Virus record (IMG/VR): IMGVR_UViG_3300033153_006331
Coordinates: 6,285 to 70,284 of that record
Length of the DNA: 64,000 bases
Strand: one strand, 5' to 3'
Origin: a virus
Shown here: one piece after another, positions 9,302 through 16,970 of the stretch
How the letters are laid out: each line of letters opens with the position of its first letter
How positions within the stretch are numbered: position 1 is the first letter of the stretch
Notes under the pieces: model-generated
What the model was told of the DNA's origin: nothing
Database searches by the model: none
Seen by the model: only the letters and a program-made list of their open reading frames with translations
Translations under genes and position numbers: made by a program

Positions 9302-9837
9302 TGGAAGACCACGTCCTGCGAAACTTCAACGAGCACCTTCTCCCGCTGGCCGGGAAGGGGCCGCACGTCTGCTTGCACCTGGGCATCCAGAATCCGAGCC
9401 ACGCCCATTGGCTCTGCGCGAACGCCTTGCCGTGCTGCGATGACCGATATTTCGGGACCTGCGACTTCGGCGGCAGTGCTGCCATGTATAAGACCACGGT
9501 AGACCTGCTGGGCCAGTTCGCTAATGCCGACCTGTGGCACTTCGACCCCGTTGATTTCCTGTCGCAATTGCCGCCAGCAGTGGTTTCCGCATTGATCTTG
9601 GATGGGCCGACGTTGGTGTATATCGACGGGGACCGGGACCACGCGACATTCGAGAAAGTGCTCCAAGAGTCCTGGAATCTCTTGCGGCCGGGCGGGACGT
9701 GTATAATCAATGGGTATCGGACGGGACGAAGGAAGCACGAGTTGTACCCGGTTATCGATCTGTGGGCAGAGACCGTCCGGGACATTCGGATCATTTTCCA
9801 AAATCGACAGTTTGGGTTCCAGAAAGCGAAACCATGA
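9301..9837 (+). CDS. Class I SAM methyltransferase (Methyltransf_24-like)
   Basis: LVYIDGDRDH...WNLLRPGG. Confidence 0.65.
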   Translation: MEDHVLRNFNEHLLPLAGKGPHVCLHLGIQNPSHAHWLCANALPCCDDRYFGTCDFGGSAAMYKTTVDLLGQFANADLWHFDPVDFLSQLPPAVVSALILDGPTLVYIDGDRDHATFEKVLQESWNLLRPGGTCIINGYRTGRRKHELYPVIDLWAETVRDIRIIFQNRQFGFQKAKP

Positions 9838-10700
9838 ACGAAGGCGTACTCTACTTGTTCTGCGGTATGGGGGCGGCAGAACGGCTTGTCGTCTCGATCC
9901 ACACGCTCCGTCAGCATTATGATGGTGACGTGACGGTGGCTTGCACGGACGAGCCGGAACGGGAACTTGTCGCGTCAATGCAGCCCCTCGGGATCAAGTC
10001 TCTGTCGGTTGCGAAGATTGGCCAGCGAAACGGCCACTATGTCACCAAATCCACGATGCCGAAATGGTCGCCGTACGAGACGACGATCTTCCTGGACGCT
10101 GACACGATCGTCTGCAAGCCGATAGACCGGCTCTTCGAGGAGTCCCGCAAGAGCCTGGTGCTGACCCAGTTCGCCACCTGGATATCCACCGGCCGAAAAA
10201 TGTCGGCAAGGATTTTGTCGGCCGCCCACAAGCCGAATATCGACGACCACGACGAATATCTTTCCCCGTTCATCGGGGCCCTCTGCCAAGAGCAGGTAAG
10301 GATCAAGCCGAGTGACGCCGCCGAGTATCCGGGGATCAACACCGGGGTGATGGGCTGGCCGAAAGGCCACGCCGCCCTGGCCCTCTGGCACGAGGTTACA
10401 ATGCAGATCGGGGGCCAGTTCATGGCCGACGAACTCGCCATGCAACTCGTGCTGCCGAACGTCAATGCGAAGGTACTGCCGGAAATCTATAACGCCAGCC
10501 CGATCCATGGGGAGTGCAAGCCAGAGGACGTGGTAGTCTGGCATTTCCACGGCCGCAAGCACGTCAAGCGGGAAGAAGGCCGCAAGTTGTGGTGGCCGGC
10601 CTTCGAGTCGGCGTGCAACGCGAAGGTGGCAAGAATTCATCGGTGGGCTGGCCGGCATGACAAGACTGTGCGGGCACACTTGAGGGAGATGTCGGAATGA
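9834..10700 (+). CDS. GT8-like glycosyltransferase
   Basis: SPYETTIFLDADTIV, INTGVM, ADELAM, LPEIYN, VWHFHGRK. Confidence 0.75.
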   Translation: MNEGVLYLFCGMGAAERLVVSIHTLRQHYDGDVTVACTDEPERELVASMQPLGIKSLSVAKIGQRNGHYVTKSTMPKWSPYETTIFLDADTIVCKPIDRLFEESRKSLVLTQFATWISTGRKMSARILSAAHKPNIDDHDEYLSPFIGALCQEQVRIKPSDAAEYPGINTGVMGWPKGHAALALWHEVTMQIGGQFMADELAMQLVLPNVNAKVLPEIYNASPIHGECKPEDVVVWHFHGRKHVKREEGRKLWWPAFESACNAKVARIHRWAGRHDKTVRAHLREMSE

Positions 10701-10764
10701 GCGAACCAACAAACATCTGGGTCCTTTTCGTCGGTAAATACTCAGATCAAATGGCGGTTGCAGC

Positions 10765-11253
10765 ATGACTACATCCGAATGCTACGTTTGGACATTGGGG
10801 GCGATGGCCGCACTTATCCGTGTCGGCCGTCCTCTCTGCCCCCTAGCCCTAACTCCGGAAGGGCGAACGGAGTTTGATGGATTGATGGCGTCGGGCCTGT
10901 CGCCTTCCGATGAGGAGATTACGAATTGTATAATGGACAACAAGCCCGCGCTGGGATTAGAGTCCGACAGCCCCATTTCTTGTGCTGAGGCAATCCACAT
11001 GCTGAAAGCATTTCGGGACAAGGTGAGCAGTCGAACAGTCTACCTTGCGGTTGCCAGAGATTGCCCCGACGAAACGATCGTCGGGATCTTTTCAGACCCA
11101 GAGCGGGCACTCCAAGTCACACTGCACGTCGAGAACAACACCGACGTGGAGGCTTTCGTCCGCCCCATGTTGCTGGATCCGCAGGAAGACGATTTAGTGT
11201 GGTGGGCTCGGGCTATCCGGCGACCGCCGGGCGTGAACATGGGAAAGAACTGA
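10765..11253 (+). CDS. Hypothetical protein
   Basis: 162 aa ORF in operon. Confidence 0.45.
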   Translation: MTTSECYVWTLGAMAALIRVGRPLCPLALTPEGRTEFDGLMASGLSPSDEEITNCIMDNKPALGLESDSPISCAEAIHMLKAFRDKVSSRTVYLAVARDCPDETIVGIFSDPERALQVTLHVENNTDVEAFVRPMLLDPQEDDLVWWARAIRRPPGVNMGKN

Positions 11254-11257
11254 CACC

Positions 11258-11482
11258 GTGGAGTTCCAAGCCTACATGCCACACCCGCCCCGCAGAATCA
11301 GACTGTTGCTTATCAAGCCGCCGAAGGATTGGAGTTATGACCAGGACAGTCGGGACACGATCCGCAAATTGGCCGCCGACATTCGAAAGATACTCAAAGG
11401 CACACCGATTCTGAATCTGCCCAAGGGCTGGAATGCTTCGGTGGTGGAAGTTGACGGAATCGGGGTCGATCTGGAGAAGTGA
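11258..11482 (+). CDS. Hypothetical protein
   Basis: 74 aa ORF; stop overlaps the next start. Confidence 0.45.
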   Translation: MEFQAYMPHPPRRIRLLLIKPPKDWSYDQDSRDTIRKLAADIRKILKGTPILNLPKGWNASVVEVDGIGVDLEK

Positions 11483-12219
11483 AGATGAAGAGGATCAACG
11501 TCGAGTGCAACTTAACGCTACGGTGCCAGCTCAATTGCACAAACTGCAACCGCATGATGGGCAGAGCCCCCGACCGTGGCGAAGAAGAGGATATGACTGT
11601 CGAGCAGGTCCAGCGATTCGTTTACCAACTCGCCGGCGGCCCGGTCAAGGTGAAACGATTGAAGCTGCTCGGCGGGGAGCCGCTGCTCCACCCATGGTTC
11701 GCGGAAGTCTATGGTATTCTGGCTTCTGCCATCGAGGATGGCCTGATCCAAAAGGTCAAGATAGAAAGCAACGGCATCCTGCCACGTCCGGACATGCCGC
11801 CTCACGACAACATCCATTGGGCCGGCAAGCCATACAAGCGAAAGCGTCACCTGCCGGTACTCTGGTCGCCTACCGATATGGGCCTACCGACGCCGAACGC
11901 GCCGTGTTCCATGCCGCGAATCTGCGGTATCAGCCTGGACGCCTACGGCTATTCGCTCTGTTCGATGTGCCCCATGATGCTGCGGGTCTTCCAACGCGAG
12001 GACTTGTACGTTGACGAGTTTCCGGGCGACTGGCGGGAAGTATTCGCCGAGACGATCGAGCACATCTGCCCGCATTGCATCTTCTCGGCCCCGCAAGAAT
12101 TCAAGGACAAACATTGCTATCCGGTGACCGACACTCCGGAAGACGCTTTGATGCCAACGCCTACTTGGCGGGAGCACCTGGAGGTTTTTGACGGCCACGC
12201 GAAGAAAGGGAAGTGGTGA
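11479..12219 (+). CDS. Radical SAM protein
   Basis: CQLNCTNC (CxxxCxxC), LLGGEPLLHP, IESNG, C-terminal cysteine cluster. Confidence 0.9.
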   Translation: MKMKRINVECNLTLRCQLNCTNCNRMMGRAPDRGEEEDMTVEQVQRFVYQLAGGPVKVKRLKLLGGEPLLHPWFAEVYGILASAIEDGLIQKVKIESNGILPRPDMPPHDNIHWAGKPYKRKRHLPVLWSPTDMGLPTPNAPCSMPRICGISLDAYGYSLCSMCPMMLRVFQREDLYVDEFPGDWREVFAETIEHICPHCIFSAPQEFKDKHCYPVTDTPEDALMPTPTWREHLEVFDGHAKKGKW

Positions 12220-12965
12220 TGCGGAAGCTGGAGATAGTTCTACACTGTTACCGATATAGTCGCTGCCTGAGCTACCTGCTGTCGTCGCTGGAAATCAACC
12301 GGGCTCCGTCGGCACAGATCCAAGCGACGGTGTTCTGGAATTCAGACGATCGACCGACCTTGGACGTGCTCCGCTACTTCAACGAGCATGGCGAAATGGG
12401 GCGCTGGCCAAAGTATCCGGGCGACCAGCCGGCACTGTACCTCCAGTCGCATGCCCTTGAACTTCCGCGACTGCTCCGGCGGGCGATAGGCCGGAACATG
12501 GCGGCATTGCGGACGAGAGCCGATCTTGTTTGGTTCTGCGACGGCGATTATGTCTTCGGTCCCAACTGCCTGGAAACTCTGGCGACAATGGACTTGCCGG
12601 AATCAAAGCTCTGGTATCCCCGCGAGGTGATGATTTCCAAGACTCACGCTTTGGGTGACGCCGCGTCCCTGAAAGCGGCTGCCGGGCCGGGCATCTACCA
12701 TATCAATCCGACTGACTACATGCCGAGCAAACACAGAGCCATAGGCGGGTTACAGATTGTTCCCGGCGACGTGGCCAGAGAGTTCGGATATTGCCGCGCC
12801 ACGAAATGGCAGAATCCGGTCAAGGACGGCAAGTGGGCGGACACCCGCGGCGACAAGACTTTCCGGAACATCTTGGGAACAAAGGGAACGCCGATTAGTT
12901 TGCCGCATTTGTATCGGATTCGGCAGAGTGTCGAGGGGGTGGTGGATACGTTGGAGTCTAGCTGA
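12219..12965 (+). CDS. GT2-like glycosyltransferase
   Basis: IGRNMAALRTRADLVWFCDGDYVF, GGLQIV. Confidence 0.75.
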   Translation: MRKLEIVLHCYRYSRCLSYLLSSLEINRAPSAQIQATVFWNSDDRPTLDVLRYFNEHGEMGRWPKYPGDQPALYLQSHALELPRLLRRAIGRNMAALRTRADLVWFCDGDYVFGPNCLETLATMDLPESKLWYPREVMISKTHALGDAASLKAAAGPGIYHINPTDYMPSKHRAIGGLQIVPGDVAREFGYCRATKWQNPVKDGKWADTRGDKTFRNILGTKGTPISLPHLYRIRQSVEGVVDTLESS

Positions 12966-13057
12966 GCCAATCCGAGGCGAGGCTAACCGACACGATTCGA
13001 TTCGGGACGAGGCGGTGCGAACCGGCCCGACTCGAGACAAGACAAGACGAAACGGCT
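12963..13057 (+). repeat. Pentamer array 1 (19 x constant triplet + NN)
   Basis: TGA gc CAA tc CGA gg CGA gg CTA ac CGA ca CGA tt CGA tt CGG ga CGA gg CGG tg CGA ac CGG cc CGA ct CGA ga CAA ga CAA ga CGA aa CGG ct, then a T-run. Confidence 0.9.
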
Positions 13058-13100
13058 TTTTTTCGGAATTTTCAAGAAAAGTGGGAAATGGGGGCTTTCG

Positions 13101-13112
13101 TGTGGTATAATG
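13101..13112 (+). promoter_or_regulatory. Extended -10 promoter TGTGGTATAATG upstream of array 2 and the RAMP gene
   Basis: Consensus TG-N-TATAAT; the identical 12-mer precedes array 6. Confidence 0.7.
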
Positions 13113-13134
13113 TCTTGCTCAGACGCAACGGAGA

Positions 13135-13199
13135 CGGCGCGAGGCGGAACGCCCCGATTCGGCACGAACCGAATTGACCCAAGACAAGACGAAACGGCT
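13135..13199 (+). repeat. Pentamer array 2 (13 units)
   Basis: CGG cg CGA gg CGG aa CGC cc CGA tt CGG ca CGA ac CGA at TGA cc CAA ga CAA ga CGA aa CGG ct. Confidence 0.9.
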
Positions 13200-13239
13200 G
13201 TTTTTCTATTCCCCCTGAACTCCCGAAAGGAGTGATGCA

Positions 13240-13833
13240 ATGCGAACTGCGACGATCAAAGTAACGGCGATGACCCCCTACAGCCAGTCCAAGGCCCTGA
13301 AAGAGGAGAAGAAGCGGGCCGAGTCCTATGAGGCCTTCGAGACTCGGGTCTGGAAGGACCGGATGCACGTTGACAGCGACGGACACGTTTTCGTGCCGCC
13401 TGTATCCATCCTGAACGGGATGGCCTGTGCCGCCGCCTATCTCTCCAAGGGCGGGGAGTTGAAGAAAAAGGGCAACGCAACGTGGTCCCAAAACTTCACT
13501 TGCGGCCTGTCGATCAGCGAAGGGCCGACTCTCCTGAACCGAGATGGCGTCCCGATGAGGGGCGAGGACGGCGATTCAGTCTGGGTGTATTGCCACGCGG
13601 ACGGCAAGCGGTCTTCCGGCACGCGGGTCTGGCGGTGCTTCCCGGTCTTCGAGAAGTGGACGCTAGAGTTTGTCCTGACGATCCTGGACGACACGATTCC
13701 CGAAGAGGTGTTCAACCGGGTGGTCGAGGCGTTCGGCTTGTTCAACGGCATCGGACGCTATCGGCCGCAGAACGGCGGATACTTGGGCCGCTTTGTGGTG
13801 GATTCAATAGAGATTTCAGACGTGGCGAAATGA
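13240..13833 (+). CDS. Solo RAMP/Cas7-like RNA-binding protein (candidate effector of the pentamer arrays)
   Basis: N-terminal strand IKVTAMTPY, GHVFVPPVSILNGMACAA (like the RAMP GxPxIPxxSxKG motif), C-terminal Gly-rich loop GLFNGIGRYRPQNGGYLGRFVV; AAGGAG RBS. Confidence 0.7.
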   Translation: MRTATIKVTAMTPYSQSKALKEEKKRAESYEAFETRVWKDRMHVDSDGHVFVPPVSILNGMACAAAYLSKGGELKKKGNATWSQNFTCGLSISEGPTLLNRDGVPMRGEDGDSVWVYCHADGKRSSGTRVWRCFPVFEKWTLEFVLTILDDTIPEEVFNRVVEAFGLFNGIGRYRPQNGGYLGRFVVDSIEISDVAK

Positions 13834-13900
13834 CGCGATGCGAATTGAGCCGACCCGGAGCGAAGTGACTCGATGCGGCCAGAAATGAAACGAAACGGCT
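13821..13900 (+). repeat. Pentamer array 3 (16 units, overlapping the RAMP gene stop)
   Basis: CGT gg CGA aa TGA cg CGA tg CGA at TGA gc CGA cc CGG ag CGA ag TGA ct CGA tg CGG cc AGA aa TGA aa CGA aa CGG ct. Confidence 0.9.
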
Positions 13901-13930
13901 TTGCTATTATTCGCGTCTTTGGAACGAAAG

Positions 13931-13995
13931 CGGAATGACGTGATACGATGCGAATTGAACCGACCCGGGGCGAAGTGAAACAAGACGAAACGCTT
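13931..13995 (+). repeat. Pentamer array 4 (13 units)
   Basis: CGG aa TGA cg TGA ta CGA tg CGA at TGA ac CGA cc CGG gg CGA ag TGA aa CAA ga CGA aa CGC tt. Confidence 0.9.
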
Positions 13996-14023
13996 TCCAC
14001 ACTTTTCCAAAGGAGACCCTATC

Positions 14024-14590
14024 GTGACTGAGGCACAACAGCCCGAACTAATCCAAGGCAAACACCGCCGCATACCCAGCGAGCCCAGCCCCGATGTATT
14101 CGTCATCGAAGGCGTACTCCGGGACCTGAAGGGCGAGCAGGTTGCCACGAAAGACACCCTGGCCAAGGCCATCGGCCTGGACGCCGAGAAGGATTGGGAG
14201 ATCGTATACCGCAGAATCTCGGCCGCCGTCAAACGGCTCCAGAACCGGGAACACATCAACATCTGCGTTGTCCGGGGCGAAGGCTATATGAAAGAGCCCG
14301 CCCCTGCCACCGTGGCCAAACAGGACAGCGAGCGGAAATCCTGCCGACGCCGGGCCACAAAGAACGTCCAGCGGTTGATGAACGTCAAGACCGACGAACT
14401 GGACGAGAACGAGAAATACAAGTTGAACGCCTCTCTGGCAATCAACATGGTCGCCAAAAAGGTGTTCTCACACGGGACCGGGCAGAAGATGATTGCGGCT
14501 GCCACGGTGAAGGACACGAAGCGGCTGCCGATGGCGGATGCGCTGAAGATTTTGCAGGACAGGGAGGCGGCCAAAAAGGAATCGGGATGA
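14024..14590 (+). CDS. Winged-helix-like accessory protein embedded between pentamer arrays
   Basis: TKDTLAKAIG...YRRISAAVKRL...VVRGEGY resembles an OmpR-type wHTH with wing; AAGGAG RBS. Confidence 0.6.
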   Translation: MTEAQQPELIQGKHRRIPSEPSPDVFVIEGVLRDLKGEQVATKDTLAKAIGLDAEKDWEIVYRRISAAVKRLQNREHINICVVRGEGYMKEPAPATVAKQDSERKSCRRRATKNVQRLMNVKTDELDENEKYKLNASLAINMVAKKVFSHGTGQKMIAAATVKDTKRLPMADALKILQDREAAKKESG

Positions 14591-14697
14591 AGCGAAGCGG
14601 CCCGACCCGGGGCGATTCGAGGCGAAACGAAACGAAACGAGGCGGACCGAGCCGGGGCGAGACGGCCCGATTCGGCTCGAGACAAGACGAAACGGCT
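14583..14697 (+). repeat. Pentamer array 5 (23 units)
   Basis: CGG ga TGA ag CGA ag CGG cc CGA cc CGG gg CGA tt CGA gg CGA aa CGA aa CGA aa CGA gg CGG ac CGA gc CGG gg CGA ga CGG cc CGA tt CGG ct CGA ga CAA ga CGA aa CGG ct. Confidence 0.9.
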
Positions 14698-14733
14698 TCC
14701 CTATCCCAGCCGCCGACTAGGACCATCGAGAGA

Positions 14734-14952
14734 ATGACAATGGACACATTGCAAGTTCACGCAGTCGGATCAAAGTGCGAGGCCCACGGTGTTCCGCTCG
14801 TCATCGTAGGCATTTGCATCCGATCTGCCGGAGTTCAATACGAAGTCGCGTGGTGGGATGGAAGAAACCATCATGTCGAGTGGCTTTACGATTTCGAGGT
14901 AGAATACAACACTCGGCAAACTAAGGTAGGCTTTGCCCCAGCCGCCGACTAG
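14734..14952 (+). CDS. Small hypothetical protein (possibly SH3/YodC-like)
   Basis: MTMDTLQVHAVGSK...YEVAWWDG...EWLYDFEV; flanked by 20-bp direct repeats. Confidence 0.5.
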   Translation: MTMDTLQVHAVGSKCEAHGVPLVIVGICIRSAGVQYEVAWWDGRNHHVEWLYDFEVEYNTRQTKVGFAPAAD

Positions 14953-15340
14953 GACCGCCGCCGGGCTCCCAACCCAGGTCCTCCCGCACAATGTCATCCA
15001 AGTCTATCGACCACGGGCCCACGGCCTGATAGACCTCGTGAAGGGCCGAATCCTCCCGGAATTCCATCCGGTGCAGCGTTCCGGGAGTAACGGCAAAGCT
15101 CTCCGCTGGCATCACGTCCTTGATGACGTTCCCATCCTGATCCGTCAGGCAGACGTGGCCCACCAGCACCAGAAATGAATTGGCCTTGTGGATGTGCTTG
15201 TGCAGGCTGGACGCCCCGCCCTTCAGGCCGAACGCCTCCGACACCGACACCCGCTCGCCCACGAACAGGTGCCGACTCCAGCCCCAGCGGTGATAGTGAA
15301 TTTCACTCGGCGGGATCGACGGGTTGTTCACTGTCGCCAT
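14921..15340 (-). CDS. Cupin-fold protein
   Basis: SSLHKHIHKANSFLVLVG...VTPGTLHRMEF...DDIVR. Confidence 0.7.
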   Translation of the reverse strand: MATVNNPSIPPSEIHYHRWGWSRHLFVGERVSVSEAFGLKGGASSLHKHIHKANSFLVLVGHVCLTDQDGNVIKDVMPAESFAVTPGTLHRMEFREDSALHEVYQAVGPWSIDLDDIVREDLGWEPGGGPSRRLGQSLP

Positions 15341-15701
15341 CCTCGCTCTTTTCGGCCGGCGTGTGTTCGGCTGTAACCTCGTCCAGGATTTGCAGAGGCC
15401 CCTTGCCGTCGTCTTCCGGCCTGCGTCGAGAAGCTAGAATCTCTTGCATCCGTTCCTTGAAGATGCCCACCATTTCCGGGTACAGGTTGTGCGGGGCATC
15501 CGCGATGTGCAGGCCCGGCTCGGGACCCAAAGTGCCATCCTGTTCGATCGGAAAGACCACGATCACATACCTTCCGACCTTGATGGTGTCCCGGACATCC
15601 AACGCAGTATTCCGGTAGATGTCGGCCAGCTTCCGCTTCAGGGCCGCCGCTTGGATCGTGGGAGTACCCAACATGGGTTTCTTCGGTTCTCGTTTACTCA
15701 T
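15303..15701 (-). CDS. Hypothetical protein
   Basis: GAGGAG RBS before MSKREPKK. Confidence 0.55.
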   Translation of the reverse strand: MSKREPKKPMLGTPTIQAAALKRKLADIYRNTALDVRDTIKVGRYVIVVFPIEQDGTLGPEPGLHIADAPHNLYPEMVGIFKERMQEILASRRRPEDDGKGPLQILDEVTAEHTPAEKSEDGDSEQPVDPAE

Positions 15702-15740
15702 TGTGAATTCTCCTCGCAATTTGGGGTGTATGTTCTGAAC

Positions 15741-15941
15741 TTACTCGCAAACACAGCCGGTGGCATAGCGGCGCCCGGAGCAGGAGCAACTGCATACCTC
15801 ATCCTCGCAGTCCGGGTCCTCCAGGAAGTCGTCGGTCGCCTTGACGAGTTCGTGCTCGGGCGTCCCCTTGATTCGGAAGGCCGCGAATAATGCCGCCAAC
15901 GAGCCCATGAATGAGCGGCGATCGAAATCAGTCATCGCCAC
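15741..15941 (-). CDS. Small protein with twin-arginine-like N-terminus
   Basis: DRRSFMGSLAALFAAF. Confidence 0.5.
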   Translation of the reverse strand: MAMTDFDRRSFMGSLAALFAAFRIKGTPEHELVKATDDFLEDPDCEDEVCSCSCSGRRYATGCVCE

Positions 15942-16194
15942 CGCCCTCGATTATCACAGGAAGCCATCTGCAAGATATGCTCCCATCGTCGTGTCTGAAT
16001 TCATTCTCGTACTTGCGACGTACAACCCTGCCGACCTTGGCACGTTTCGGCCTTAGGAATCCTTCGTACCGTTGCTTCCGATCTGACCAGGCAACAATTG
16101 CCAGGACTTTCTCGGGTTTACCCAATGCACCCTTTCCCGTGAATCCCGCGAACAGTCCGGCCAAGGCCCCAAAAAACGATCTCCGATTAGTCAT
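15928..16194 (-). CDS. Small protein with twin-arginine-like N-terminus
   Basis: MTNRRSFFGALAGLFAG; GAGGA RBS. Confidence 0.55.
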   Translation of the reverse strand: MTNRRSFFGALAGLFAGFTGKGALGKPEKVLAIVAWSDRKQRYEGFLRPKRAKVGRVVRRKYENEFRHDDGSISCRWLPVIIEGGGDD

Positions 16195-16255
16195 TGTAAT
16201 ATCCTCTCGCGCGTCTGAATTCGTTCTCGTACTCGCGACGTACAATCCTGCCGGC

Positions 16256-16723
16256 CTACGGTTTCGGACCGGACTCGTACCGCTGGTTTTTGTCTGACCA
16301 GGCGACGAATGCCAGGACTTTCTCGGGCTTGCCGACCACAGCTTTCCCCGTTTTGGTTTCAGTAATCCGCAGCTCGATGGCCCCGGCGAATCGACTGCCG
16401 TGGACAGAACTCCCCGTGGCCGCCAATGGCGGCGAGCCCTCCACCACTTCGCGCTTGGCGAGAACGAATCCTCTATTTACAACCATTCGGCCAATATCCT
16501 CTACTTCCTCTTGGGCGGCACCCACGAAAGCGGCGGTGGTCCGCCTTTCGACTACACCATCCCGTAGTGCGTCAAACACCGCAAGGTAAAAGCACTTGGG
16601 GTGCAAGTCTTCCGGACGCATAATTGACAAGTAAGCCTTGCGGCCGAATCCACTACGGAGGATTGCGAACGGGCTGCACATCACGGCAGCAATTGCCCCA
16701 ATGAATCCTCTCCGATTAGTCAT
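16256..16723 (-). CDS. Protein with twin-arginine-like N-terminus; C-terminus paralogous to 15928-16194
   Basis: MTNRRGFIGAIAAV; GKPEKVLAxVAWSD shared with the paralog. Confidence 0.55.
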   Translation of the reverse strand: MTNRRGFIGAIAAVMCSPFAILRSGFGRKAYLSIMRPEDLHPKCFYLAVFDALRDGVVERRTTAAFVGAAQEEVEDIGRMVVNRGFVLAKREVVEGSPPLAATGSSVHGSRFAGAIELRITETKTGKAVVGKPEKVLAFVAWSDKNQRYESGPKP

Positions 16724-16766
16724 TGTAATATCCTCTCGCGTCTAGGGTTTGCTCGAACTCGCTTGT

Positions 16767-16970
16767 TCAGAACACGTATGGGCCGTAATTGAAATCGCCA
16801 CTCGTTGAGGACTCTTCCTCTTCGTCTTCCTCTGGATTGTCAGGGTCGCCCAAAAACCTTTCCATGCTATCCTCGAGTTCTTCCTCAGACGCCCCGACCT
16901 TCAGGAATTTCTGAACGAGATTCTTCAGGGCCTTCTCGAATCCATGTTCATGTCGGGCCCTGTCAGTCAT
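16767..16970 (-). CDS. Small acidic hypothetical protein
   Basis: MTDRARHEHG; start overlaps the upstream stop. Confidence 0.45.
   Translation of the reverse strand: MTDRARHEHGFEKALKNLVQKFLKVGASEEELEDSMERFLGDPDNPEEDEEEESSTSGDFNYGPYVF

Noticed and set aside
12963-14697. Classical CRISPR array
   Set aside because: No identical 23-47 bp repeats alternating with unique spacers, and no cas1/cas2. Variation is interleaved every 5 nt instead.
16256-16258. Genome-wide TAG recoding suggested by the in-frame TAG in a duplicated block
   Set aside because: Single case; TAG terminates recT and terL at plausible ends, so a nonsense mutation is simpler.
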